Assembly (NCBI GenBank): GCA_034437315.1
Contig: DAOTUC010000154.1
Span: 1 to 48,275 of the forward strand
Length of the DNA stretch: 48,275 bases
Reading direction: 5' to 3'
Origin: Anaerolineae bacterium
GTDB taxonomy: Bacteria > Chloroflexota > Anaerolineae > B4-G1
The position numbers were made by a program, and so were the translations under genes. Positions 21,110-30,313 of this stretch are shown piece after piece (positions within the stretch are counted from its first letter, which is position 1; every line of letters begins with the position of its first letter). The notes beneath the pieces are model-generated. The model was given only the letters and a program-made list of their open reading frames with translations. It had not been told where the DNA came from and did not search any database.

Positions 21110-22414
21110 ATGCTTGTGACCGTGGTAGGCGGTGGATTGGCGGGGAGTGAGGCGGCCTGGCAGATCGCCCAGCGGGGTTTGGATGTCGTCCTGTACGAGA
21201 TGCGTCCGCGCCGGATGACGCCCGCTCACGTCAGCGATCGCCTGGCCGAGTTGGTCTGTTCCAATAGCCTGGGTTCCGATCTGCCCGACCGGGCTTCCGG
21301 CCTGCTGAAGGACGAGTTGCGGGCTATGGATTCCCTGGCCCTGGCCTGCGCCGATGAGGCCCGCGTGCCGGCGGGCGGCGCCCTGGCGGTCGACCGGGAG
21401 CGATTCGCGGACGCGGTTACTCGGCGCATCACCGCCCACCCCCGCATCCAGCTCCTGCGGGAGGAGGTCACGACCATCCCTGACGGGCCGGCCGTCATCG
21501 CGACCGGGCCGCTCACCTCCGATGCGCTGGCGGCGCAAATCGCCGCGTTGACGGGAGAGGATTATCTCTACTTCTACGACGCCCTCGCGCCCATCGTGTC
21601 TGCCGAGTCCATCGATATGTCGATCGCCTTTCGCGCCTCCCGTTACGGCAAAGGGGACGCCGATTACATCAATTGTCCGATGACGGAGGAGGCCTATTAT
21701 CGTTTCGTCGATGCGTTGACGGCAGCGGAACGCATCCCCTTACGCGATTTCGAGGGGGAACCGGATCGCTTCTTCGAGGGTTGCCTGGCGGTGGAGGTGA
21801 TGGCGGAGCGGGGGCGGGATACGCTGGCCTACGGCCCGTTGCGTCCGGTGGGGCTGACCGACCCGCGCACCGGGCGGCGGCCCTATGCCGTGGTCCAATT
21901 GCGGCAGGATAATCTAGCCGGCACGCTCTACAACATGGTCGGTTTCCAGACCAACCTCCGCTACGGGGAGCAGGAACGGGTGTTTCACCTGATTCCCGGC
22001 TTGGAGCAAGCGGAGTTCATGCGCTACGGGCAGATGCACCGGAACACGTTCATTAACGCGCCGCTCCTGTTAGAAGCGACGATGGGGTTTCGCGCCCGGC
22101 CTGGGCTATTCTTCGCCGGACAGATCACCGGGGTGGAGGGCTACGTCGGCAGCGTGGGCAGCGGGTGGGTCGCGGGCGTCAACGTCGCGCGCCGGGCGTT
22201 GGGTCAAGCGCTGGTGGTGTTGCCGACGACGACGATGCTGGGGGCCCTGTGCCATTACGTGAGCCGCGCCGAACCGGACAAGTTCCAACCGATGAAGGCG
22301 AACTTTGGCTTGATGCCGCCCCTTTCCCCGCCGGTGCGCAACAAGCGCAAGCGATACCAGGCGTACGCCCAACGCGCGTTGACCGATCTGCGCGCTTACA
22401 TCGCGACCCGATAA
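21110..22414 (+). CDS. trmFO: Methylenetetrahydrofolate--tRNA-(uracil54-C5)-methyltransferase TrmFO.
   Basis: [19 protein letters not shown]...LYEMRP...AELVCSNS...[15 protein letters not shown]. Confidence 0.95.
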   Translation: MLVTVVGGGLAGSEAAWQIAQRGLDVVLYEMRPRRMTPAHVSDRLAELVCSNSLGSDLPDRASGLLKDELRAMDSLALACADEARVPAGGALAVDRERFADAVTRRITAHPRIQLLREEVTTIPDGPAVIATGPLTSDALAAQIAALTGEDYLYFYDALAPIVSAESIDMSIAFRASRYGKGDADYINCPMTEEAYYRFVDALTAAERIPLRDFEGEPDRFFEGCLAVEVMAERGRDTLAYGPLRPVGLTDPRTGRRPYAVVQLRQDNLAGTLYNMVGFQTNLRYGEQERVFHLIPGLEQAEFMRYGQMHRNTFINAPLLLEATMGFRARPGLFFAGQITGVEGYVGSVGSGWVAGVNVARRALGQALVVLPTTTMLGALCHYVSRAEPDKFQPMKANFGLMPPLSPPVRNKRKRYQAYAQRALTDLRAYIATR

Positions 22415-22469
22415 TCCACACTTCTTACTTTCCTACCCCTACTCAAGGTGTCTATATGATGCGAAAATC

Positions 22470-23336
22470 ATGATGCGAAAATCAGCGACAATCCCAATGA
22501 TTGCCTTTCTTGTCTGTTCACTGGCGACGGCCTGCAGTCAGCCGGAGCCTTTGCGTTTCGATGGCGAGGTCGCTTACGCTCACGTGGAGGCTCAGTGTGA
22601 CTTTGGCTTTCGCCCCACCGGGTCGGCGGCCTGGCGGGAGACCGGCGATTACGTCATCGACCATCTGGAGGCGCATGGCTGGGAGACGGAGGAGCAGACT
22701 TTCACCTATCGGGATACGCCCGTGCGCAACATCGTCGGGCGGGCGGGCGAAGGGCCGGTCGTCATCGTCGGCGCCCATTACGACACCCGGCGCAGCGCCG
22801 ACGAGGAGGACCCCAGCGTGCCCGTCATGGGGGCCAACGACGGCGCTTCCGGCGTCGCCGTGCTGTTGGAATTGGCCCGCACCTTGGACCGCGACGCGCT
22901 GCAACGGGAGGTCTGGTTAACCTTTTTCGACGCCGAGGATAACGGCGGCCTGGACGGGTGGGAATGGTGCGTCGGTTCCAGCTACATGGCCGAACACCTG
23001 GAGATCACGCCGCAGGCGGTCGTCGTCGTTGACCTGGTGGGTGACATCGACCAGAACCTGTACCTGGAGCGCAACTCGGATCCGACCTTGCAGATGGCGC
23101 TGTGGGATATCGCCGCGACGCTGGGCTATAGCGACACGTTCATCTCCGAGTATAAGTGGGCGATCTACGACGACCACATCCCCTTCGCCCAGCGGGGCAT
23201 TCCGGCGGTGGACATTATCGACTTCGACTACCCTTATTGGCACACGACCCAGGACACGCGCGACAAAGTGAGCGCCGATAGCCTGGAACGTGTCGGGCGG
23301 GTGGTGGAAGTGTGGGTGGAGGGGTTGGGAGATTAG
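22470..23336 (+). CDS. M28-family zinc peptidase / glutaminyl-cyclase-like lipoprotein.
   Basis: The lipobox is in IAFLVCSLATACSQ. VIVGAHYDTRRSADEE...PVMGANDGASGVAVLLELAR...FFDAED...H are the M28 metal ligands. Confidence 0.85.
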   Translation: MMRKSATIPMIAFLVCSLATACSQPEPLRFDGEVAYAHVEAQCDFGFRPTGSAAWRETGDYVIDHLEAHGWETEEQTFTYRDTPVRNIVGRAGEGPVVIVGAHYDTRRSADEEDPSVPVMGANDGASGVAVLLELARTLDRDALQREVWLTFFDAEDNGGLDGWEWCVGSSYMAEHLEITPQAVVVVDLVGDIDQNLYLERNSDPTLQMALWDIAATLGYSDTFISEYKWAIYDDHIPFAQRGIPAVDIIDFDYPYWHTTQDTRDKVSADSLERVGRVVEVWVEGLGD

Positions 23337-23347
23337 ATGGGAGGTAT

Positions 23348-24691
23348 ATGATGGCAGAGCGTTTGATCGTTGTGGGGGGTGTGGCGGCCGGGATGAGCGC
23401 CGCTGCCAAGGCGAAGCGGGTGAATGCAGATATGCACGTCGTCGTATACGAGAAGAGCCCTTACATCTCCTATGGCGCGTGTGGCATGCCCTACCTCATC
23501 GCCGGCGACGTCGCCGATTATCGCGACCTGCTGGCGCGGACGCCGGAGCAAATGGCGAAGCGCGGCGTGGAGGTCCACGTGCGCCACGAGGTGACCGCCA
23601 TTGACGCTGACGCGCGGACGATCACGATCCGCGATCTGGCGGGAGAACGGACCTTTACCCAAACGTATGATAAGCTCGTCATCGCCACCGGCGCGGCGCC
23701 GATCCGGCCCGCGTTGCCCGGCGTCGACCTGAAGGGGGTTTGCGTGTTGCGCTCGTTGACGGACGGGCGGGCGTTGTTGCGCCTGGTCGAAGAGCGCCGC
23801 CCGCAGCGGGCCGTCATCGTGGGCGGGGGGTACGTCGGCCTGGAGATGGCGGAGACCTTCCGGCGGTTGGGGGCGGCGGTGACGATGGTGATCCGCTCTG
23901 GGCAAGTGATGCGCCAGACGTTGGATGATGACGTGCGCGCCGTGGTGGAGGATGAACTGGCGCGGCATGACGTAAACGTCGTGCAGGGGACGCTGATCGG
24001 TTTTGAAGGGGATGGGCGGGTCGAGGCGGCGCTCACCGACGAGGGGCGTTATCCGTGCGACGTGGCCTTGCTGGGCCTGGGCGTCCGGCCGGTGACGGCG
24101 TTGGCCCGCGAGGCGGGCGTCCGTTTGGGGGAGACCGGCGCGATTGCGACCGACGCGCATATGCGGACGAACTTGCCCGGCGTCTATGCGGCCGGCGATT
24201 GCGCCGAGGTGCGCCACCTGCTGACCGGCGAACCGGCTTACATCCCACTGGGCAGCACGGCTAACAAGCAGGGCCGCACGGCTGGCGAGCACGCGGGCGG
24301 CGGAGGCGCGGCTTTTGACGGGGTGGTGGGCACGATGATCGTGCGGGCTTTCGACCTGGCGATTGCCAGCACCGGCTTGACGGCGACTGAGGCCCGCTCA
24401 CGGGGCTACGCGGTGGACGAGACGAAAATCCGCGCCAAAGATGCGTCCCACTATTTCCCTGGCGCGGCCGACATACACGTCAAATTGATCGTGGACGAGG
24501 ATACGGAGCGCTTGTTGGGTGGGCAGATCGTCGGGCGTCCCAGTGCCATCAAGCGGATCGACGTGCTGGCGACGGCGCTTCATCATCGGCTCACAGTGTC
24601 CGATTTGCAGCGCCTGGACTTGAGTTACGCGCCGCCCTTCTCCCCGGTGTGGGATCCGCTGCTGATCGCGGCTAATGTGGCGGGGCGGTGA
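23348..24691 (+). CDS. FAD-dependent pyridine nucleotide-disulfide oxidoreductase of the CoA-disulfide reductase / NADH oxidase family.
   Basis: ATG follows gggagg. LIVVGGVAAGMSAA is the FAD GxGxxG motif. YISYGACGMPY holds the single redox Cys. AVIVGGGYVGLEMAE is the NAD site. VYAAGDCA is also present. Confidence 0.85.
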   Translation: MMAERLIVVGGVAAGMSAAAKAKRVNADMHVVVYEKSPYISYGACGMPYLIAGDVADYRDLLARTPEQMAKRGVEVHVRHEVTAIDADARTITIRDLAGERTFTQTYDKLVIATGAAPIRPALPGVDLKGVCVLRSLTDGRALLRLVEERRPQRAVIVGGGYVGLEMAETFRRLGAAVTMVIRSGQVMRQTLDDDVRAVVEDELARHDVNVVQGTLIGFEGDGRVEAALTDEGRYPCDVALLGLGVRPVTALAREAGVRLGETGAIATDAHMRTNLPGVYAAGDCAEVRHLLTGEPAYIPLGSTANKQGRTAGEHAGGGGAAFDGVVGTMIVRAFDLAIASTGLTATEARSRGYAVDETKIRAKDASHYFPGAADIHVKLIVDEDTERLLGGQIVGRPSAIKRIDVLATALHHRLTVSDLQRLDLSYAPPFSPVWDPLLIAANVAGR

Positions 24692-24728
24692 TCTGGTGTA
24701 TTGGTAGACTGCTAGATTGGGAGGGATC

Positions 24729-25406
24729 ATGAATCAAGGGATGACGCGGGAACGGTTGGCGGGGATGATCGATCACACACAGCTCAAGCCTGGCGCGACG
24801 GATGCGCAGATCGCGCAATTGTGCGATGAGGCCCGGCGTTACGCTTTCGCTTCGGTGTGTGTCAATCCGGTGCACGTGGGGCGATGCGCGCAGTTGCTTG
24901 AGGGAAGCGAGGCGCTTGTCTGCACCGTCGTCGGTTTCCCCCTGGGCGCGAATTTGACCGCCGTCAAGGCGTTCGAGGCGGAGCGGGCCATCGCCGACGG
25001 CGCGGTCGAGATCGACATGGTGATGAACGTCGGCGCGCTCAAGTCGGGGCAGCGGGAGCGGGCGGCGGAGGACATCGCCGGCGTGGCGCGGGTGTGCGAA
25101 GACGGCGGCGCGTTGCTCAAGGTCATCATTGAGGCCGCGCTGTTGACCGACGAGGAGAAGGAGAGCGCTTGCCGGTTGGTCCAGTCGGCGGGCGCCGATT
25201 ACGTCAAGACGTCCACCGGCTTTGGGCCGGGCGGGGCCACGGTCGAGGACGTGACGTTGATGCGGCGCGTGGTCGGCCCGGAGATGGGCGTCAAGGCCGC
25301 GGGCGGCGTCCGCACCTACCGGGACGCCCTGACGATGATCGCCGCCGGCGCCACCCGGATCGGGGCCAGCAGCAGCGTGGACATCGTGGAGGGCGCGCCG
25401 GGGTAA
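24729..25406 (+). CDS. deoC: Deoxyribose-phosphate aldolase.
   Basis: ATG follows gggaggg. MIDHTQLKP...FASVCVNP...CTVVGFPLG...EIDMV...LKVIIE...[11 protein letters not shown]...VKAAGGVR. Confidence 0.92.
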   Translation: MNQGMTRERLAGMIDHTQLKPGATDAQIAQLCDEARRYAFASVCVNPVHVGRCAQLLEGSEALVCTVVGFPLGANLTAVKAFEAERAIADGAVEIDMVMNVGALKSGQRERAAEDIAGVARVCEDGGALLKVIIEAALLTDEEKESACRLVQSAGADYVKTSTGFGPGGATVEDVTLMRRVVGPEMGVKAAGGVRTYRDALTMIAAGATRIGASSSVDIVEGAPG

Positions 25407-25447
25407 ACAACCCCGCATTGGTCGTAGATGCACCGCCCGATCCATAC

Positions 25448-25596
25448 CTCACACACCCCCGGTTTATTGAGAAGTATCTTCTCGATAAACCGGGGGCTTG
25501 TTCGTAGCAGGCACCTCAGCGCCCCCAAAGCGCACTGAAGTGCGCACTACGAACAGATTCACCCCAAATTATTGAGAAGATACATTGAGAAGATAC
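25448..25596. repeat. Copy of the nested-hairpin repeat family, plus a 19-bp-stem hairpin and a tandem 13-mer.
   Basis: cccccggtttattgagaag (25456-25474) pairs with cttctcgataaaccggggg (25478-25496) with 1 mismatch. Next comes gttcgtag...gcgcactgaagtgcgc...ctacgaac (25500-25554), which is collinear with unit A1 at 3986-4058. attgagaagatac occurs twice in tandem (25571-25596). Confidence 0.85.
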
Positions 25597-25634
25597 GGTC
25601 GTAGCGGTCTGGGAAAACGAGACCAAGAAGAGGC

Positions 25635-25670
25635 CAAGAGCGGATCTGTTATTATTCAGATCCGCTCTTG
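25635..25670. terminator. Perfect 14-bp hairpin between convergent deoC and the GTPase operon. Candidate bidirectional terminator.
   Basis: caagagcggatctg, loop ttattatt, then cagatccgctcttg. On the minus strand it is followed by a T-rich stretch. Confidence 0.6.
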
Positions 25671-25698
25671 TGCGTTGATCAACTGTTGGGCGGATGTT

Positions 25699-26217
25699 TT
25701 AGTGGAGGAGCTTTTGCAGCGCTTTGAGCACGTTGAGCACGCTTTTCTTGTCCGTGGCGATGCAGGGGATGACTTGCTTGTCGTTATTGAGGCTCAACCG
25801 CTTTCCGATCTCCTCTGGTGAAATGGCGTTGATCAGGTCTTGCTTGTTCGCCACGATCAGGTAGGGGACATCGCGGCCTTTGCGTTCGAATATTCGGATT
25901 AGCTGTCTGGCTTCCATAAAGCTTGCCCGGTCGGTGCTATCGATCAGTAGAATGAAGGCTTGCATTTCTTTGGATAAAATATCCCACATAAAATCAAACC
26001 GGGCTTGCCCTGGCGTGCCATACAGATGGAGCAGGTCTTCGCCTACTCTGACGTGACCGTAATCCATCGCCACGGTCGTCTCTTCCTTGATTGCGACGTG
26101 GTGGTCGGTGATACGCTTTTCCGTGGAAACGATGGGGATGTCGGAAATCGTGCGGATAAATTCCGTCTTACCCACGTTGAATGGACCGGTCACGACCACT
26201 TTGTACAGATTGCCCAT
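25699..26217 (-). CDS. Small Ras-like GTPase of the COG2229 / CvnD / MglA-related family.
   Basis: VTGPFNVGKT is G1. LYGTPGQ is G3. ANKQD is G4. SD aaggagg is present. Confidence 0.85.
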   Translation of the reverse strand: MGNLYKVVVTGPFNVGKTEFIRTISDIPIVSTEKRITDHHVAIKEETTVAMDYGHVRVGEDLLHLYGTPGQARFDFMWDILSKEMQAFILLIDSTDRASFMEARQLIRIFERKGRDVPYLIVANKQDLINAISPEEIGKRLSLNNDKQVIPCIATDKKSVLNVLKALQKLLH

Positions 26218-26250
26218 AATTTCCTCCTTGAGCGGGCTTGTTGGCGCGCG

Positions 26251-27036
26251 TTATGATTTCTCAGTAGCGGCCAGCTTATCCTTTCGTTGAAAATCTACAA
26301 ATCGGTACCCTACACCTCTTTCCGTGAAGATATAGCGGGGGTTGGATGGGTCTATTTCGATTTTCTTTCGCAGATAAGTGGTGTAAAGACGCAGGTATTG
26401 GACCTCATCCTGATATTCGTAGCCCCAGACTTTGGCCAGGAGCGTCTCGTAGGGCACGACCCAACCGGCGTTTTCCACCAGATGATACAGCAGCCGGAAT
26501 TCTGTCGGTCGCAGGTCCATCCGTTCGTCCTCGACGATGACCTGCCGGCTGTTGAAATCTATGCTCAATCTATCGTCGATCTGTAGGATGGCCTCATCGG
26601 GCGCGGCGGGGCTTTGGGTGCGGCGCAAGACAGCCTTGACGCGGCTGACGAACTCGCGGGCGCCGAACGGCTTGGTGACGTAATCATCCGCCCCCAACTC
26701 CAACCCCCGCACCTTATCCTCTTCATCAGATCGAACGGTGAGCATGATCACGGGGACGTTAGAAACTTCGCGCAACATCTCCAGCGTTTCAAACCCATCC
26801 ATCTGGGGCATCATCACGTCCAGGACGACCAGGTCCGGCAGTGCAGTGCGGGCTTTTTCCAGCGCTTCCAGGCCGTTGTGCGCTTCGATGACCTCGAACC
26901 CTTCCAATTCCAAATTCATCCGGATGAATTTGATCATTCTCGGTTCATCGTCGACCACCAGGATGAGGTTTTGCCGGGGTGTGACGCCTGGTTGTTTCGT
27001 CTGATTGGGAAGCTCACTCACGGATGAAGCTGACAA
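26251..27036 (-). CDS. OmpR-family response regulator (receiver plus winged-helix DNA-binding domain).
   Basis: [10 protein letters not shown]...[14 protein letters not shown]...VIMLT...[10 protein letters not shown] is the receiver. [17 protein letters not shown]...[14 protein letters not shown]...[10 protein letters not shown] is the Trans_reg_C part. The start overlaps the upstream small ORF. Confidence 0.92.
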   Translation of the reverse strand: MSASSVSELPNQTKQPGVTPRQNLILVVDDEPRMIKFIRMNLELEGFEVIEAHNGLEALEKARTALPDLVVLDVMMPQMDGFETLEMLREVSNVPVIMLTVRSDEEDKVRGLELGADDYVTKPFGAREFVSRVKAVLRRTQSPAAPDEAILQIDDRLSIDFNSRQVIVEDERMDLRPTEFRLLYHLVENAGWVVPYETLLAKVWGYEYQDEVQYLRLYTTYLRKKIEIDPSNPRYIFTERGVGYRFVDFQRKDKLAATEKS

Positions 27037-27253
27037 TTTCTTCTTTCTCCTCGCCAGGCATAATCTCGATACAGTGAATGCGCTGCCAGGGATAAATCAC
27101 GATGTCGGTCTCTGGCAGTACGTAGGAGACGTCTCGCCCATCTCGATACCGGACGTTGTTGACGATTAACACCTGGTCAGTCGGCTGGGGTAGTTCTTCG
27201 ATCTCTCCAACGATGGATTCCTCGTTCAGGATGTGTATGAGAACAGTGTGCAT
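27014..27253 (-). CDS. Hypothetical 79-aa protein with no recognisable domain, translationally coupled to the response regulator.
   Basis: ATG ORF with non-repetitive, balanced composition. Its 3' end overlaps the regulator start. It lies in an otherwise gap-free operon. Confidence 0.5.
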   Translation of the reverse strand: MHTVLIHILNEESIVGEIEELPQPTDQVLIVNNVRYRDGRDVSYVLPETDIVIYPWQRIHCIEIMPGEEKEEIVSFIRE

Positions 27254-27316
27254 ATGTGATCCTTTCTATACGGCGTTTTCTGGATGATTTGGGAATCGGT
27301 TCATCCCAGTTCGGGC

Positions 27317-27829
27317 CTATTCCTGCATCATCACCTCTAGCGTGATTCGGCCAAGCTGTAATTTATCCTCGTCTTTGAGCACGTGGGGCAGGTAGGGGGT
27401 TAGACGTTGCCCGTTCAGGAACGTGCCATTCGCGCTGCCAACGTCTTCGACGAGGTAAGCGTCGCCCTTTTGGTGAATTTTGCAATGGTGGCGTGAGACG
27501 CCACCATCCAATCCGCCGTCCGGTGAGAGGTCCAGATCTGGGAAGATGCCGTGGGCCGCGTCGGTTCGCCCGACGTTAACCTCTGGCATGGGGGGGAGTT
27601 GAATTTGCCGGTTGGTGGAAATGACCCGGATGGCTAGCGGGGTGGGCGTTGGTTCTTCATTCTCGGCGACCGATTCGCTGGCCCACGGGTTTGCGCGTGA
27701 GATGGGCAATTCTTCCTCGGGCAGCGGCTCGGTTCGTAGAGGGCCGCCGGTAGGCAGATAGACGCCGCACTCACTGCAAAACAGTGTGCCGGGACGGTGC
27801 TTTCGACCACATGAAGGACATTCAATCAT
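27317..27829 (-). CDS. FHA-domain protein with an N-terminal zinc ribbon.
   Basis: CPSCGRKHRPGTLFCSECG is the zinc ribbon. VGRTD....PDLDLSP......VSRHHCKI......YLVEDVGSANGTFLNGQRL is the FHA core. The start ATG overlaps the upstream stop as ATGATTGA. Confidence 0.9.
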   Translation of the reverse strand: MIECPSCGRKHRPGTLFCSECGVYLPTGGPLRTEPLPEEELPISRANPWASESVAENEEPTPTPLAIRVISTNRQIQLPPMPEVNVGRTDAAHGIFPDLDLSPDGGLDGGVSRHHCKIHQKGDAYLVEDVGSANGTFLNGQRLTPYLPHVLKDEDKLQLGRITLEVMMQE

Positions 27830-29327
27830 AACTCTTCTCCGTGAGCGGGGTATTTAACAGGCTGCGTGTGCCATATTTGACCTCTTTGCGACCCTTGGAT
27901 GAGGAATCGCCATTTTGTGAAATGCGACCTGCTTCTAACATGGCTGCTTGGGCCAGGTGGGTTTCGCCCATATCGAACAATCGTGTGGCGACCAGCTCGA
28001 GTTTATGGGTAGCTGCTTTGACATTTCCCTGCTCCAGCGTTTTCCAGGCCTGTTCTTGCATCTGGTAGATTGTGACTTTGCTTAAGACGCTCAATATCGC
28101 CGTCGGCGTCTGTTCCTGCGGCGGCTCGCCATCTATAAATACGCCATGGACGTCGTGGGCGATTTGTTCTCGTCGGTTACCCCAGGCTGGAATGTCTCCG
28201 GTGAGCGCCAGTTGCGCCAATCGGTGTTCGCCGGTGGGCTTTTGAGAGACGATCAATTCCGCTGCCAGGGTCAAGGGCTCGTCGATCTGTAGAGCGCCCA
28301 GGTTGACGATGTTATCTTCCGTCCACGTGAGCCGGTCCATGTAGGGGGAGGTGCGAAATAGACTTTCTATTCTCGTTCCCTCCGTAAACCGGAACGTTAA
28401 CGTCAGCCCTTGAGCGAAGACCGATTCCAACCCCCGTACGCGCTGCTGTAAAATAGCCTGGACCTGGCGCGGCGATGCGATGTAGGCCGAAACGCCGTTG
28501 CTCTGAGACGCGATTTGTTCGAGTAACACGTCGTTCCATTCTTCGCCAATGCCCATGGCGGTGATCCCGATGCGTCTGGCGCCCGCCGATCGCGCCTCTG
28601 CGAGACACCCCTGTTCGTCGCCGTACGTTTGCCCATCGGTCAATAGGATGAGTTGACTGTTGACGCGCTGGTTATGATGTTTCTCGATCTCCGCTACCCC
28701 AAGTTGCATCCCCTGTAAAATCTCGGTCCCACCGCCGACCCGAATGGCGGCGACTTTTGCCCTCGCTTGCACCGGATTGACGCCGATCCGGCTGGGGAGA
28801 ATGACTTCGGCCCGGTCGTCGAAGGCGACGACGGATAACACGTCGTCCTCCTCTAAATCGTCTATGATCTGATAAGCCGCCTGTTTGACGTGATCCAGGC
28901 GCGCGCCCTGCATCGAGGTGCTGCGGTCAATCACCAGGCAGAGATTAAGTGGTAGATGCTTATCCTTTTGAATGTCCGATGACCGTATTTCGATCAATAG
29001 GTATACGACTTGCTCTTTGTGATTGGCGTTGAACTTGCTTTGACTGATCTGGATCTTCCACTTGAAGGCTGCATCCTCGGCATCCCCGGATTTGGCTCTC
29101 CGGCGATCGTAAGCCTGGCGGCGGGCGGGATCGCTCAGGACGGCGTAAGCCTGCTGCACATCGTGGAATAGAACGGTGGACGTGGGGTCCGTCCGGCTGT
29201 CAGGATGGTAGCGCCGCGCCTGCTGGCGGTAGGCGCGCTTGATTTCTTCCTCCGTCGCCGATGGAGATATACCCAACGTGGCATAGTAATCCTTTTCATC
29301 AAGATTACCCAAGGTTATACCTTCCAA
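27822..29327 (-). CDS. J-domain (DnaJ N-terminal) plus von Willebrand factor A domain protein.
   Basis: DYYATLGISPSATEEEIKRAYRQQARRYHPD is the J domain with HPD. LNLCLVIDRSTSMQGARL is the MIDAS DxSxS. LILLTDGQ is present. TTG start at 29327. An alternative TTG at 29312 lies behind ggaagg. Confidence 0.88.
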   Translation of the reverse strand: MEGITLGNLDEKDYYATLGISPSATEEEIKRAYRQQARRYHPDSRTDPTSTVLFHDVQQAYAVLSDPARRQAYDRRRAKSGDAEDAAFKWKIQISQSKFNANHKEQVVYLLIEIRSSDIQKDKHLPLNLCLVIDRSTSMQGARLDHVKQAAYQIIDDLEEDDVLSVVAFDDRAEVILPSRIGVNPVQARAKVAAIRVGGGTEILQGMQLGVAEIEKHHNQRVNSQLILLTDGQTYGDEQGCLAEARSAGARRIGITAMGIGEEWNDVLLEQIASQSNGVSAYIASPRQVQAILQQRVRGLESVFAQGLTLTFRFTEGTRIESLFRTSPYMDRLTWTEDNIVNLGALQIDEPLTLAAELIVSQKPTGEHRLAQLALTGDIPAWGNRREQIAHDVHGVFIDGEPPQEQTPTAILSVLSKVTIYQMQEQAWKTLEQGNVKAATHKLELVATRLFDMGETHLAQAAMLEAGRISQNGDSSSKGRKEVKYGTRSLLNTPLTEKSYD

Positions 29328-30190
29328 TCCGGTTGTGATGCGATGAGGATGACGGTGATGTTATCGTGCCCCCCGGCCTGATTGGCGGCCGCGATGAGCG
29401 CCTCGCACGCGGCCTGGGGGGTTGGGGCGGCGGTGACGATCTGGCCTATCTCCTCCTCTGGCATCATACCCCAAAGGCCATCGCTGCACAGCAGCAGAAA
29501 TCCATCCTGGGGAACAGTTTGGACGTAAGTGTCCACGTCCAGCTTTCCATCCTGCCCCACCGCTCGATACAAAACGTTCTTCTGCGGGTGGGTGCTCGCT
29601 TCGTCGCGGGACAGTTGTCCCATTTCGATCAGCCGGTCGACCAGCGAGTGATCGTGCGTGATTTGTTTCAGTCCATTCTCGGTGGAGATATAGGCGCGAC
29701 TATCGCCGACGTGGGCGATGTAGGCCCTTGGTCCTAGCATCAGGGCGCAGGTCAGCGTTGTGCCGGCCCCTGGCGCTTTTTTCGTCACGGCGTCGTTGGC
29801 TGCTTGCACCGCAGCTATCATGATCTCGTTGAGGGCCGGTTGCCCATCGTTATGTTCTAACTTGATGAGGGTGGGGAGGTATAGCGTCTGGATAATATGG
29901 TGGGCGACCGTTCGCGCCGCCAGCGAACTGGCGACCTCGCCCGCCTGATGCCCGCCCATCCCGTCGGCCAACACGAATAGACCAAAGACCGGGAGCGCTT
30001 CGTCTCCATCGTGGGCCGATACGAAAACCATGACAGCGTCTTCGTTATGCCGGCGCACCACACCCGTGTCGGTGCCCCAACCGACGTTGAACCTCGCCGC
30101 GGCCGAGGCCGCGGCCGATAGGGGTTCGGCGATGGCGGTGGACGCCCCCGGTGTTTTTTTCAGACCTAGCAGCTTTTGTAGAAATTTCAT
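29315..30190 (-). CDS. PP2C-family Ser/Thr protein phosphatase.
   Basis: GTDTGVVRRHNEDA...FVLADGMGGHQAGEVAS...LLCSDGLW...GGHDNITVIL. Confidence 0.92.
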   Translation of the reverse strand: MKFLQKLLGLKKTPGASTAIAEPLSAAASAAARFNVGWGTDTGVVRRHNEDAVMVFVSAHDGDEALPVFGLFVLADGMGGHQAGEVASSLAARTVAHHIIQTLYLPTLIKLEHNDGQPALNEIMIAAVQAANDAVTKKAPGAGTTLTCALMLGPRAYIAHVGDSRAYISTENGLKQITHDHSLVDRLIEMGQLSRDEASTHPQKNVLYRAVGQDGKLDVDTYVQTVPQDGFLLLCSDGLWGMMPEEEIGQIVTAAPTPQAACEALIAAANQAGGHDNITVILIASQPDWKV

Positions 30191-30313
30191 CAGCCTACCC
30201 TAACCTGGACGAGCCAGAGCCAAAAAGGAACCGTTGACCGCCAAATTCTTGCTTGCTGTGCAAGGATTATATTGGTTAGGCCCTATCGAGATGTTGCAGG
30301 GCGTCTTCCCACA

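Noticed and set aside
25699-26217. Conservon (cvnA-D) locus, because of the CvnD-like GTPase.
   Set aside because: No adjacent sensor kinase, roadblock or DUF742 genes are present. The GTPase is instead embedded in the Ser/Thr kinase operon.
25699-29327. Lower GC content by eye than neighbouring genes as a sign of a horizontally acquired island: roughly 50-53% in the two 60-nt lines I counted (25861-25920 and 28321-28380), against 68% in one line of the helicase gene (36601-36660).
   Set aside because: I counted only those sample lines. The PQQ part of the same operon is again very GC-rich. No integrase, tRNA or direct-repeat boundaries are visible. It needs a proper GC/GC3 and codon-usage scan before anything is claimed.
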